DNA of 64,000 bases from Gnetum montanum (taxonomy: Eukaryota > Plantae > Gnetophyta), in NCBI GenBank assembly GCA_015680685.1, contig MNCI01000651.1, positions 1,851,832 through 1,915,831 on the forward strand, read 5' to 3'. The notes beneath the pieces were generated by a model. The model was not told the origin of the DNA, ran no database searches, and was given only the letters and a program-made list of their open reading frames with translations. Below, in pieces: positions 25,101 through 38,880 of this stretch; the first letter of the stretch is position 1; each line of letters starts with the position of its first letter. A program made the translations under genes and the position numbers.

Positions 25101-27930
25101 AGTATTTATAATGTCCTCTACTAGTCCCAAGGGAATAGTGATGGATTGATCAGCCAACTCAAGATGGACGTTACCCTTTTTGAGTGGAGGTAGGTTCCAA
25201 GCTTTATATATCTTACGGGAGATTAGATTAACACCAAAACCTAAATCTAGAAGAGCTTTGCAAGGCTCATTGCTTGCAATTTAAAGGTAAATAATGGGAC
25301 TTTCAAGATCAGATAATTTCCTAGGAAGGTAGCTAACTTTATCCAATTTTTTACTACATGAGTTAACATGATGGTATGCACTTTGGGAGGTGTTTGGTTT
25401 GAAGGGGACTTAAATGAATTAGATGTAGAGGGTGATGGAGAAATAGGATTTCTAGTTGCAAGGGTATATGAGGGTTTAATTAGACTATTGCTTTGGAAGA
25501 AAGGCCTTTTTTATGATCTAGTTTCTAAACCACTTGGTTGAGGAGCTGGTTGTAAGTTAACAACCCTTGTTGCATTGCATTGTTGCAGCTGAGGTGGAAT
25601 TTCTCCTTGCATTGATGAAGCAAGCAGTAACTAGATTGAGGGTGGAGGAACATATGTAGAAGCATGAAGAGGGTAATATGGATATGGGATTTCCCCTCTA
25701 GTAGATGGAGAAGGAGTTCTGTAATACTTTGGAGGATAGTAGTGATGTTGAAAGGTGGCATGATTGGAAGAGTCACACAAAGAAATGGGTTGTTGAACAT
25801 AGTAGCCATATGGATATGGTTGTTAGTACTATTACCTTGGTGGTGTCATCCCCCATGACTATGGGTGCTATCACTATTGATACTACTCATATAGCTATGG
25901 TGGATCTCCACTTGGATAGTAGGTTTTTTGTTGGTGGAACTACTTAAGATTTCCTTCAGGATAAGGCAATCATCTAGGTGCTTGCCTTCTTGCTAGTCTA
26001 GGATTCAGAGTGTACATCCTAGACTCCTACAAGTGTGACATGATAGGGCAACATTCTTTAGGATGTTCATATTAGTAGATGTCACACCCACCATCACCAT
26101 TTTATTCTCTCTCCACAACTTCTACTACAACAACAAATTTTCCCTTACCCCTTTGGTAGGAAAATTCAACTTCTCTCCACCTCCTATGGTCATGATCACT
26201 ACTCTACTCTCTTGATTCTTTTACAATTTTTAGAGCAGTTTGGAATTTTTCATCCAACAAATATCACATTTTATATACCTTGGTTAAAATTTTAGACATA
26301 GATTTTTGGATCAACAAGGTCTTTCTATTATCCACCTCATCAAGTCATGACTCATCCTCACTACTACAAAAGTGGACCTCCCTCTTTCTGATGGAAGGGT
26401 CCCTATTATATTCTTTTGCACTTTCTCTTTTTCTCAACTTACTTTCTTCCTTTCCTACCTACTCAATCTACCTTTTAATTTGATGGACTCTTAGTTTTGA
26501 AAATTTCCCTTGGGTATAGACTTTAAGATTTCTTCTCATTTTTTATTGGAGCCCCTCTATGATATGGCAAAGTTTCTCATATTAAGAATAATCATGGCTA
26601 AGACATATGTGCAACAAATCTTAGTATTAGTCCATGGTTGCATCCAAGGGTTCATGCATCCCTTATTTTCGTCCTTGGATATGCTTCCTCAAGTTGGACA
26701 CTTGGGAATACATCTAATATTTATCATTAAATAGTGTAAGCATTATACTCCAACATCTGATGGATTCCAATTCTAGGGATTGGTACCAACTCTCTACTTC
26801 CTTAATGAGTGTCCTTGGGAATAGCTTAAGATTTTACTAATTATTCTCCACATTTTGTAAGGAACATGCATCATGAAAGGCATAAAGATGGTTTTGGGGA
26901 TTAGAGTTATATCCCCTTTCAAACTTAAGGATATTGTTCATGTCTAGCCTCTTAATTTGGCTACCCTTTACATGCCTTGTAGGAATTCTCACCACATCTA
27001 TGATGTTCATCATGATACAAGTGACAAGAAAAGGCTGATCATAATCATGGCCTCTATGGTGGCCATGGTGCCTATGATGTCCTCTACTATCACTACTTTC
27101 ATGATGACAAGCCTTCCTCAAATGCCTGTGCCCCTGATCTTAACTTGCCCAATGGGCCCTATGATCATTTCTATTTCATCAGTCACCTTCATCATGATCA
27201 TGTCTTTTAGGATTGCCTTTAGAGCTACAAGAGGAAGAAGATGATGATGAAGATGAAGTGGAAGGAGGAACAACATCACCATGGTGCCTGCTACCTCACC
27301 TTTGGTGGTCATAGCCACGATCATGATCGTGATGCTTATCCTCATCCCTACCATGATCCTCCTCCCCATGCCCCTTTTGATCATGGGATCCATTCTTGTA
27401 AGAGCCAAGATTGTGGATAGTAGATTGTAGGTTTTTTTTTACCTTCTTGGCTAAAGTCAAAGAGAGAAGTTTCATTGAATGGAGATCCATTAGAGAAGAA
27501 GCCCTAACCATATCCTTTGTACAACAAGAATGAGGAGCCATTGAACCATTTCCCCTTCACACTTTCATAAAGCTTCTCTTATTGTTGATTCCTTTTATGT
27601 TGTGAATCTATTGGATGATACCCCTTGGCATCACTATCCTACACAACATATTTAGAATGAAGTCCTAGTATAGCCAACCTCATAAGAGTGCATTGGAGCA
27701 TCATAGGAATGGATCAATTGGGTAGCAATACAATGTTTCCCTCAAGGTCCCGCCACCACATTTGTTTATCTTGGTGTAGGAAAAAGGTAAATTTGGACAC
27801 ATATTCATCAAGATGAGCATATATGACCCTATATTGGTGGGGCACTTGCTAATATATTTTTTCAATTCTTTGTTAGTTGGATGTTTGGTCAAACATAGAT
27901 GAAGAATCAATCCTATGAGAAGACAAAGAT
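22150..27930 (-). pseudogene. gag-pol: Degenerate Athila-like gag-pol
   Basis: Minus-strand motifs: QNHLYAFHDAC (gag), ALLDLGFGVNLI (protease), PLELKNLPTNMEYAFL, MPFGLCNA and FMDDF (RT), WGIDFMDP and YHPKANSQVE (integrase). Confidence 0.88.
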
Positions 27931-28077
27931 ATTCTAAGATTAGAAAAACTAAAACTCAGTGTGCTTTGTTATAATATTTTTTGTTACTTTGGTGTATGAT
28001 GTGACCTTAGGGTTTATTCCAATGATGTTAAATGGTTTTCACTAAGTTCCTAGATAGCGCATGTATCAAACAAAAGG

Positions 28078-28095
28078 TCCCTAGTAATGGCACCA
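28078..28095 (-). promoter_or_regulatory. Primer-binding site (Athila-type)
   Basis: rc TGGTGCCATTACTAGGGA next to the LTR; a deaminated version of 5319-5336. Confidence 0.8.
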
Positions 28096-28096
28096 A

Positions 28097-28969
28097 TGAT
28101 GAGCGGTGAATGCCCCTATACTCAACCATAGAAATCACAAGTGTTCACATGTGATTTGGTCAAATTCCATAGACCTTAACTCTTTAAGTACACTGGTTCC
28201 AGAAACTGAAGACTAATCATTGAAATCATTGTCTTCCTGGTTACACTTAGGAAATACAAAGGTATGGTTAAGTCTAACTAAGCCATTTGATTTTTATCAT
28301 GTTTTTATGTTTTATGTTCTTGGTGCTTAAAAAAAGGAATTAAGTAATTTTTGATAGCTAATTTAATCTAACTAACTAATTAATCTCTACCTAATCCTAA
28401 CATAAGTATCCAGTCCCACTTTCTGTACACATCTTGAACATGTATAATGTTGTCGAGTTACCAAAGATTAAGCATTATTGGAATTACCAAGCGTCATCTG
28501 CATGCTTGAAGGGGTCATACATATGTGCTTAATTAATTGCTATATAGCCTAGCTAACTTAAATTAGCTTAATTTAGCTTAATTACTTGAAAGTATTAAAT
28601 AAAATTACATATAACATTGAATGCATAAATAAAATACCTAATCTAGCCAAAGTGTTGCAAGGTTTATCAGAAAGCTCATCTTTATTACTACACACACTAC
28701 TATGCTCAGGTAGAACAATGCTTGAATAAAGATCCATACACTCAATTACTTCTACTATGGACACCTGGGAGAATATTCTAACTCTAAGAAAGGAAAACTA
28801 TAAGAGCTCTACCATGCTATGATAAAAATTATGCCCAAATCATGCATCCAAGCACTATATTTATAAGTCCCCATGACATTTGATATCCAACATTGCCTCT
28901 AAGCCCCTAATATTAGGCATCTAATATTAGGGCTTTCGATATTAGAGAAAGACAAAATATAGTTCATCA
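28097..28969 (-). repeat. 5' LTR (Athila-like)
   Basis: Similarity to 19411-20269 ends exactly at GTTCATCA 28969. Confidence 0.88.
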
Positions 28970-31900
28970 TAATGATACAAATCATAGAAAGGAAATGGAG
29001 ACTTGTTGTAGCTCTCCTTATGGTGCTACATTATCTTTTAATAGATGTAAAGTTGAAGAAATCAATGAGACTTATTCACCTTTCCATTCTAGAGCTTTTC
29101 CCATGTTGCAATCATAGAAGAAAACCATAGGGGTTTAATAGGATTGGAAAATGAAAAAGATGTTAATTGGTGATACAAGGTTTGACTAGGATATCTTTTA
29201 GATCACTAGCCTATAGGATGAAGTCTAAAAATTTTGTAATAACATTGACTCCATATATCACGTGCATTTCACATTTTCCTATGCATATATTAGAAGATTT
29301 GTGGAGTTCTTGATGATTAGAAACAATGAAAAGTGAAAGTCAAGGGATGCTTCCCAACTTTCCAAGCCTTGGGCAAAACACATCATAGAGATGATGCATT
29401 TTCCAAATCCACTTGTAGAGGATGTGAGTGAAACACTATCTATTACAACTAAGAATTTTAGTGTTAAGCATGATTATTCCCTTGAAATTATGGGATTGGA
29501 GCCCCAAAATGTGTGTGGTAATGTAAAGTAAGTAAAGAGAATACATGCAGAAGCAAGAGGCACTATTAGGAAAAAGATGAAAAGGCCACAAGTTCAAGAA
29601 AGTGCTCTATGTAGGAAGTTTGCCATCAAAATTAACCAAGACAATGATTCTGTTGGAGGTTTGTATATTTTTATATTTTTATATTTTCAATTTCTAGTTT
29701 TTTCCCTTATTATATATTTATATTTTTGTTACATTTTTTTTATTAAAACATATTTACTAATTTTTTTTGTCCTTTTTGAATTTAGTTTGTTGTAGGGAAG
29801 AAACAAGAACTAGTTGTCCAAACTACCATAAAAGAGGAGCAATGATGCAAGGAAGTAGAGAAAAGAACATCCATGGAAGCTATAGATGTTATGGGCTCAA
29901 TCTTGGATGATTTGCATCTAGGAGGTAATTCTTCAATGGATGTACCTCATGATTTCCTTGCAAACTTCAATGTTGTTTATGTTTTTATTTTAAGTTTTTC
30001 ATGTTTTTATTGTAAAGTGTATTTGATAGTCATGATCATTGTAGTGCATGAGCCTCCTCCTAAAGCATCTACATCTACATAAGATCCCGTGTCTTGGATG
30101 GAGGTCTTAGATAAGATAAACTTCATGTAGGGAATGGTAGATGACATGCTTGTCATATTGCAATAGATAGCTCCTAAATTTGGTAAGTTTAATTTTCTTA
30201 TGTATATTATTTTAATTTTTAATGTATAATTTTTGTGTTCTTAACTTTGAATGCTACATGATTTAAGAAGTTTTTTTCATTTTTAAAATATTTTTATTTT
30301 ATTTATTTATTATTATTTTCTTTTATGTTTTGCTATGACAATGACCAAAGATAGATGGGATTCTACATGTGACATGGAATTTGATGATCTTCCTTAGCTA
30401 TCATTCGAAGTGGAAAATGTTCCACAAAGATTGTAGGAAGGGGTTGCCAAGTGTGTTGTATCATGTGCTAAGATAACTTGGAAGTTCCAACGCTTCAATG
30501 AGTTTCTGTGGAAGAGGCTTGTTACCTTGGAAAACAAGAACAAGTAGTAGGTAGCTAAGATTAGGAGCCTTAGAGATAACAAAGAGTTTATAGAGGCCCA
30601 TGTGGCCAATAGAAAATCTAGTGGTCATGCTACTAGAGTGCCATCTAAAGTAAGATTGCTCTAATTAGGAACAAAGTTGAGAAAGACATATAGATAGAGT
30701 TGCTAGTTCATAAGTCCAAGAAGTGGAGAGATTATTGTGCTTGGGCATTGGAATGGGAAAAAAAAAGGTAAAAAATAAGAGTTACCTAAAGTTATGGCAT
30801 GAGGAGGCCATTGAATGGTAGAAACATGAGCTATTGATGTAGGAGATAGGCCTAGAGGACATCTTCAGTATGTTTGTGAAATTATTGGTGGTCATTGATT
30901 CTTCCACTCCTCATATCACTACTACATCTAGGGAAGCTACCATGGTTGATCTTTTTCATTCTCCACCTAAGTAGACAAGTATAGAAGGAAGAAATATCTT
31001 GGTGGAACTAGATCTAGGAGAAATTGATTGGGCTAATATGAGTGAAGAGAAAATTCTTCATAGGTTAGAGACTAGCTTACAAAATTTTGCTCCTAAAGAC
31101 ATCACTCTAAAATCCCCTAAGGTTGGTAAAAAATATGTTTTAAGTTTTATGTTATAATTCTTGTTGTCGTTATTGTTTTATGATTATATTTCTTGATCAT
31201 TATGATTATTAACTATTTGTATGTTTCATTATTCATAGGCTTTAGGTGATGATGATGGTGATGTTGGTGATGACATCAATAATGATCCCCACCTCCTCCT
31301 ATCACTTAGACTTGGTTACTATTTGACATTTCATTTATTTATTTTATTTTTAGGTTCTTATAGTTATTTTTATTTTGGCTATCATAGCCTTTGAGACTAT
31401 GTATTATTTTTTTGTTGTTGTCATGTGTTGCATAGTGTGATCATAGTTATTAGGCATGGACATTCTATTATTATTTTTTTAAAGTTATTTATCACACAAT
31501 GTGATCATGACTATTAGTTTGGTATTAAATTTCTAGTCTCTTATGCTTTATAGTTTTTATTTTGTTTTATATTTTTCAAGTGAAAGGCTACAAGTTAGAA
31601 CAATAAGGTCATGAAATAAAATTTGGTGATAAAATGAAGAGTATAATAGTGAAAAACAAGGCATAAATTTTAAGTACAAATTGAAAGTAAAGTGATGAAG
31701 TGAATAGGCTATAATCTACATAATAGAAAGTTGAAGGAGGCCACAAATTTACTAGTTTTAGGCCTTGACAGGTCACCAGTTTTAGTCCCTAGCAAGTCAT
31801 GTCTTGTTTACTTTTAACATTTTTGGTTTTTTATATTATTATAAAGCAAAATAGTCATGAATCATAATTTGACACAAAAATGTACAGCAAGGATATGTAG

Positions 31901-32099
31901 TAAAATGGTAAATATGATGTAACAAGATAAAACTTGTAAGGTAAAAATACAAATATGGAAAAGAAAGTTGAAAATAATACTACAAATCAAAAGGCTACAT
32001 CACATTATGCAAGGTTAAGAAACTAAGCGATGTATTCAATTGTGTAACTATTTTCTAATGTTCAAGAGATTAGGGAATGTAAGGCCTTTGTTGCATGAT

Positions 32100-32615
32100 T
32101 TTTCACTCCTCATTCCCATCACTTACAATGTTAAATGAAAGTTATTCCCATGATTCTTTAATGAATTCATCATGTTGGGTCTTGGCTTGGTTATCATTGT
32201 TACAATTTGTGATTTCATTTTCAGTTGTATGAGCTTCTTCTTAAAATTCCACCTTAGATCATTACTCTACATCAACATTATTAATGGACAAGGAAACTAC
32301 ACCATCTCTATCGATTATAATTTGAAATTCCTCATAAGGTAGGTTAATTTCTTGATGGATGGGTAAAGATGCTACTCATAACTTAGCTAACCATGGCCTT
32401 CCTAGGATCAAGTTGAAACTTGGTATCTCCTCTATGATTAAGAAATTGATGGATATGTGTAATATTTCTCCAGCAATGAATTCTAGTGATATGGATCCTT
32501 TCATAACTACCTATGATCTATTAAATGACTTGAGGGTAGAGGTGGAGGTGCCTTAAATGTGTTCTAGTAAGCCTAAATGCTCCACAATGAAGAAATGTAT
32601 AACATTCGTCACGAT
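32100..32615 (-). pseudogene. Element A protease, C-terminal part
   Basis: rc translation ...KGSISLEFIAGEILHISINFLIIEEIPSFNLILGRPWL; continues from 47256 across element B. Confidence 0.8.
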
Positions 32616-34068
32616 TGAAACACCACAAAAATTGCATGTTGTAGCCTTTGTAATCCCCATCTCATGAAACCCAAGGTTAAACCTCATTGTAAATGTGAAT
32701 ATTATGACCCAAGAGGTGTAATATTACATAATTTATATTGTTGGGGCTGAAAAATGCCTCATAAGTGATCAAAGCTTGATCCCCCGTGTGAAAAAAGCCA
32801 TATTATGCCTATATTTAAGCTTGGGATGGTTAAAAATTCCTTTTGGGATGCAAAAATTGGCATTTTGATGGTTTTTATGAGGGGTGTAGCATTTTCCATG
32901 TTGTAGATACCCATTAATGAGTATAACTCACCTACCACTGGTGTGGCCCACCTACTCCCAACATTAGAGGTTATGATATCAACCATGCACAACACGAGGA
33001 AGGGGCTATAACCTTTTTCCCCAACATGAAATTTTCATCCCCTTAATGTTTCTTTAGCTCAACCTAGTTCTCCAACATAACACCAACTCAAGTGAGAATC
33101 CTACATTCCAACATTACTACTGGAAGGCCCGACATGGGTGGAAGAAGCCAATGGGGGTGAAGTTCCCATTTACTATTTTTGGTAAATGGAATGGCCATGG
33201 TGGTAAAACACTTACCATACATAGTAAACCCCATGGATTTGAACACACACCACACCTACATGTAGCCAAAATTTGTAGCAATCAAGTTAGAATTTGCAAC
33301 ACTAATTAGGCATAATTTGCAGCCAAATTTATGGCCCAAACCCTATGAAAACCAAGCTCCAACATCATGTAAAGGTTTCACAAATTTGGAATTTCAACAC
33401 TTTGCATTTTGAAACATTTTATAGCATTCAAGAGCTATTGTAGACCCTGCATCCATGTAGGTTCTTGAATCCCCTAGTGGGGAACCTTCCTACAACCATT
33501 GTTATCCATTTACTCCTAGTGAGATCTATGAGGTCTTTGTGCCAACATTGTAAACTTGGAAATTAAAACTTCTAATGTTTCTCACTTGGCTAGTAAAAAT
33601 CCCTCACACCTCTTAGCCTCCCTAGATCAACAACATTGCAAATTTGGTATGGTAGTAGTAAAGGTTTGAAAGCATCAGAATTGGCAAAACCTTTTAATCA
33701 TGAAGATGATTGTTGCAATTTCAATGGACTTTAAATCACCACAAAAGTGAATCCCCCTACTACAATAGGCCATCATATACAAATTTTCTATAGCCTCCTT
33801 ATTTTTTTTTGAAATAATGCCTATAGTTTCATTTGTGCACAAGTTTCTTCATGCATTTCATCTTGGTATATTTATCTTTTGGATCTACATTTTTGCATTT
33901 TTATTTTTGTTATCTCATATTTTCCTTCTTAAGTCTCTAGGTGATCTACTAGACCATAAAGGATACCTTAGATCCTATTTTTCATAGAGGTCCTTGGGAT
34001 TTGAAATTAAGGCTATCACATTGGAAATTTGTCAATTTCTCTAGAAACTAAGATTTTTAGTTGCTACA
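32616..34068 (+). repeat. 5' LTR of element B
   Basis: Collinear direct repeat of 45753-47255; followed by the PBS. Confidence 0.88.
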
Positions 34069-34074
34069 GTTTTT

Positions 34075-34091
34075 TGGCACTAGAAGGAGGA
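34075..34091 (+). promoter_or_regulatory. Primer-binding site (Tat-type)
   Basis: TGGCACTAGAAGGAGGA, matching the TGGCGCTAGAAGGAGG PBS pattern of Tat-clade elements. Confidence 0.8.
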
Positions 34092-34599
34092 CCTCCATCT
34101 AATTTCTATGTCCAAACCTATTTTTCCCATTGCCATTTTTGCCTATATTTTATAATTTGCAATTTGCTACATCAAAAAATTTGAAAATATTTAAATCCCC
34201 AACATTATGACTCATAACCCCTGCAACAATATCCTAGTGTGAAAGTTGCAAGTGTTCAAGTTTTTAGAACTTTCACAAAATTTTCCACCATTCTCTACTC
34301 CTTACCCAACCATGTTTAGGTCCATACTAGTCATAGGTGCATACCAAACATAATCGATGTCACAATCTATCACATTCCACTTTTCCATGCCATTCGCCAT
34401 CTAACCTTAATCTATATGATCATCATCAATGGTTGTCACTACCACAAACCCATTGACTACTTAGGTGGGATCCATCATAGAATTTGAAGTAACCCAGGGG
34501 TCACACACCCATTTCATTTTGTTTGTGTTCTAGATACCAACATAAACATCATTCTCTTTATTTGGTCCATTGACCACTATAATAACAAAACCTCTCCCC

Positions 34600-37500
34600 T
34601 CTATTCCATAACTGATAGTAAGGCCACAGGCCTTCCAACGAATGTCAAAGACTTTTACCAGGATGATTCCATCGGTCGTGTGCTCCCACATTTGATTCTT
34701 ACTCTACATATCCCCATCCTATAGTCTTTGAAATACAATGTTGAAGGTGATGTCAATGCTCACCTCATAATCTTTCAATTTAAGTGCTTATTATTGCAAT
34801 CATCATTGCACAAAATTATAAGGATATTCCCTACGTTCCTTATGGGGAAAGTGCTTGACTAGTACCATGCCCTACTGAGAGGATTTATATCCTCTATTGA
34901 AGACTTGATATCAGAATTCATTAACCACTTCAAGTACAACTTGAAGCCTAATACCACACTTGACCAGCTAATGAAGGTCAATCAGGGATCAATTGAACTA
35001 GTGTAGAAGTTCATCTAATGATGCAATGATCTTCTGAATGAGATACTAGAATCTATAGCCAAAACCCACCTTTTGGCTATATTCAAAGGGATGGTTAATG
35101 ATTTTATCAAGTCCAAGCTATACTACCTTGACTCATGATTACTTAGTCAAAAATTCTCCCAGACTAAGAACATAGAAGATGTCACAGAGACTAGTCATGA
35201 TCCTACCTACATGGCATACAAAAATCAACCCATGCAGAGGGACAAAGAGAAAGGTAAATAAAACAAAGTGATGGTAGAAATGGTAGCCAAAGAGATCAAA
35301 ACAACTAACCATGGGCCAAGAGACAATCCATCCAAAGCCCTTGCTAATAATCAAAATAACTGTACATCACCCTCTAGGGCCATTGCATTGACCTCATCTA
35401 GATCCAACTTTGAGTGAAAGGAAAGACAAAATACACTAGATTTCCTTTGAAGCCATCTGAGGTCTTAGATCAACTATTGAAGAGTATGAGGATCCAATAT
35501 AAGTGAATGTCTCAAACTACTAGTAAAAAGCATAAAAGGCTATGTGAGATAGTCAAGGACCCAACTTGAGCAACTAAGAATAACCCTTAGGTACCTAAGT
35601 ACTTCAATATCAACCACTTTTGTTACTGCCATCAATTTCCTAATCATGACACCAAGTTCTACCTTGCACTGAAAGATGACCTACAAAAAATGATAGATAA
35701 GGAAGAGTGGGTCCTTGATTTTTCTAATCCTTTCTAACCCCAAAACTAGTGGATGCAAGTGTATAAAGACCTTTTGAATACCAATAATAGTGCATACACT
35801 ATATTGATGTTCAATGTTAATGATAATTAGAGGACTACAAAGGAACCATTCATGATTCAAGTATCCCCTTACAATGAAAGGGGCTCTTTAGCTTCCAAAA
35901 GCCTAAGAACCTCATTTTTTGTGAGGATACCATTACTAATTATCCCTAAGGAGCCTTTTATCATTAGAGTGTCCTAGCCTAATATAACCCAGCTTACCAC
36001 TACCACCAAACAAAGACCCGTCCCCCTCCCCCACCCCCACCCCCTCCCCGCCCCTTCCCCTCNNNNNNNNNNNNNNNNNNNNNNNNNNNNNNNNNNNNNN
36101 NNNNNNNNNNNNNNNNNNNNNNNNNNNNNNNNNNNNNNNNNNNNNNNNNNNNNNNNNNNNNNNNNNNNNNNNNNNNNNNNNNNNNNNNNNNNNNNNNNNN
36201 NNNNNNNNNNNNNNNNNNNNNNNNNNNNNNNNNNNNNNNNNNNNNNNNNNNNNNNNNNNNNNNNNNNNNNNNNNNNNNNNNNNNNNNNNNNNNNNNNNNN
36301 NNNNNNNAGCTCTTCCTCACAAACCAATAATGAAAACCAAAATGCTCAAACCCTGTAGAGGACAAATCCCATTATGGATGGAACCTAAGAGCCATGGAAG
36401 AGGAAAATAGGAAAATCCACACCCGTACTCCCCACCACCCTACCACACCCCCCTCCCCACACCCCCNNNNNNNNCCCCCCCCCCCCCCCCCCCCCACAAT
36501 GGTGGCTAATGCTACAAGCTCTTCCTCACAAACCAATAATGACAACCAAAATGCTCAAACCATGTAGAGGACAAATCCTAAGTAAAATTCTAGCAATAAG
36601 GATGACAAGCAAGTCTAGGAATGGAAGTAAGTGCACCTGCATAAGCCCACTCCCATATTATTAGTAATTGTGACCTCTACAACTCAGGCTACTTATATAA
36701 GAAAACTATGGATGGAACCTAAGAGCCATGGAAGAGGAAACTAGGAAAAGCCACAATTGGGATGACAAGGCCACGGTCAATGACAAAAACTTCCTAAGTA
36801 TGATGGAGTAAGTCAAGTAATCTCTTAAGCGAAAAAACACCACCTTGAGCTTGTAAGACTTGATCATGACTTCTGCAACACATAACAAAGCACTAGTTAA
36901 GATGTTAACTTCTATTTCCATTAGCAAGGAAATTCTTGCTAATGAAAAATCCATTCATGTAGTGATGGTGCCTTCTTCACCCATGAAAATAAAGTCAAAA
37001 TCACTAGTATTTCACAATAACGAAATCAAGGAAAAGCCCCAAAATGGCAAAGTGACCAAAGCTCTTCTTTTCATCACGATATGAATGGGGTAGTATAAAG
37101 TGCATTGGGTGCATGTGAATGATGGGGTCATAATGAATGTCAACCCATGTACCATAGTTGAACTTTTAGGCTTGAAAAAGAAGATAAAACATATAATAAC
37201 ATCAACTCTCAAGTCCTTTAATGGATCACAAGCAATGGTTAAGGGGTCTATCTCCTTAAACTTTGTGGCAGGGAAGTAACTCACCATAACTACAAATTTC
37301 TTGGTGGTAGAGGAAACACTATGATTTAACCTTATCTTAGAAATATCTTAGTTGGCTTATCTATGAGCTATATCCTCACCTATCAACCAAGAAATTCACC
37401 TTCCTTATGAGGGAGGTGAAATTATCATTCATGGTGACAATGCAATTCCCTTGACTATTAAAAATGTGGATATAGAGTAGGGGTCTAAAGTGGAGTTTTA

Positions 37501-37620
37501 GAAGAAAACTCCTAGCCACAAAGTTAAGAAACTTGAGAGAGTAGAAAAGGCCAAAAATGAGAACAATGGAACATAGGACATGCTATGGAAAAAGCTCTCC
37601 TTCAACATTGTTAGTGAAGA
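34600..37620 (+). pseudogene. gag: Degenerate Tat-like gag-protease of element B
   Basis: KYNVEGDVNAHL...RIFPTFLMGKVLD*YHALLRGFISSIEDLI (gag); HWVHVNDGVIMNV...FNLILE (protease-like); inverted similarity to 47260-49200. Confidence 0.8.
36063..36307. other. Assembly gap (N run); second small gap 36467-36474 with poly-C
   Basis: N characters; flanked by C-rich low-quality sequence. Confidence 0.99.
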
Positions 37621-37624
37621 GGAT

Positions 37625-38200
37625 TGTGACATCCCATCCTTGAATGTCATGAAAAAAGTTAAATATATGATATATTAGACATTATTCATATGAAGAAAAT
37701 ATACCAAATGTGAAATATATGTGATATTCAACATTATGTATAAAGGAAATAATTGCAAAAATGTAGAAAGAGAAAGAAAAGGATGCCTTATTAATATGGA
37801 AAAGCATATCCAGATCATGCTCTAAGTGTGTTCCTTGGGATTTTCTTCCTTTGACATCTATCCATTAGAGGCAATCCAACACTACCACCATGATTAGGCC
37901 TATAACCTAAACAGAAGGAATTACCAATTCACTTCTTGTACTACTTCACCCAGTTTCCCATGACTTGCTTGTATTGGCTTTGCCTCTCCATGCTGGCATG
38001 ACCTATAACCCCAAGTATAAATGCCTTAGGTCAAATCCCCAAGAGTTACCTTGAGAAACACATTTGTTGTTACAACATGCCCTTTTGGGTCATAATCACA
38101 ACTAACCTTGTTGGGTCTTATTAAGATAACAATAAGACTTGTTATGAAAAGACACCATCTTCATTAGGTAGTAGCATCATTTGGGAATGGGGATGTGACA
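37625..38200 (-). mobile_element. Solo LTR, chromovirus family
   Basis: TGTGACATCCC...GGGATGTGACA termini, perfect 5-bp TSD AGGAT (37620-37624, 38201-38205); similar to 1267-1777. Confidence 0.9.
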
Positions 38201-38589
38201 AGGATGGGAAGTACAAACTTGTAAAAAAACAAGCCATACATGTTTCCTAATCTACCAAAGAGTAGGAAGAATTTGCATAATTAAAGTACACCCCTAATCC
38301 TTCCATCTTATGCCCTTGTGACATTGTAACCATCTATATTCATAGATAGTTAGCGTAGATTTTATTGTTACCTGTTTATGCCTTTTACTTGATTTATTTT
38401 GACTTTTTGCTACATGTAGCTGAAGGATTTACTTTTTCTTGCATTTTTATTTATTAAAGACTTTTTCTTTCTTTGCTTTCCATTTTTAGTATGATATAAA
38501 CACAAAAAAAAACTCAAAAAATTTAAAACTAGAAAACCCATAAAAATATTAAAACATAAAAAAAAAATAAAAATATGTCTTTCCTTATA

Positions 38590-38880
38590 ACTTGGGCCCA
38601 TCATGACCTAAAATTGGTACTATTCTAGGATTTTCCATAGCCTAAAACTAGTAGCATTCTAGGGTCTACCATGGTCTAAAACTGGCAACATCAAACACAT
38701 GGCTCACCATGGACTAAAACTATCAAACTAATTCTATATTGTATGCACGACCCATCATAGCCTTAAATTGGAAATATCATATGGCTTGCCATGGCCTTAA
38801 ATTGGAAATATCATATGACCTGTCATGACCTTAAACTAGAAATATCTCATGGCCTGCCATGGCCTAAAACTACCAAGAAA
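38590..38880 (+). repeat. Degenerate tandem repeat (ATGGCCTAAAACT...CATATGGC-like, ~33-36 bp)
   Basis: Repeated catggcc(t)taaa(a)(c/t)t units; related units at ~44880-44940 and inverted at ~31750-31795 in element A. Confidence 0.75.

Larger units (their letters stand above)
19411..28969 (-). mobile_element. Full-length degenerate Athila-like LTR retrotransposon
   Basis: LTRs 19411-20269 and 28097-28969 (TGATGA...TCATCA), PBS, PPT, gag-pro-RT-RH-INT remnants; flanks GAAGG/TAATG match only 3/5. Confidence 0.9.
18200..31320 (+). pseudogene. Multi-exon extra gene, antisense to element A, interrupted by the Athila-like insertion; includes a PMD-like segment
   Basis: GT-AG T-rich introns 18964-19056, 29659-29795, 30183-~30340, ~31122-31238; translated exons align with the minus-strand gene at 39255-41330; ends approximate. 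Confidence 0.75.

Noticed and set aside
35974-36600. ORFs spanning Ns, poly-C/G-quadruplex-like tracts and local duplication (36308-36400 vs ~36518-36750)
   Set aside because: Gap-edge sequence, most likely assembly artefact.
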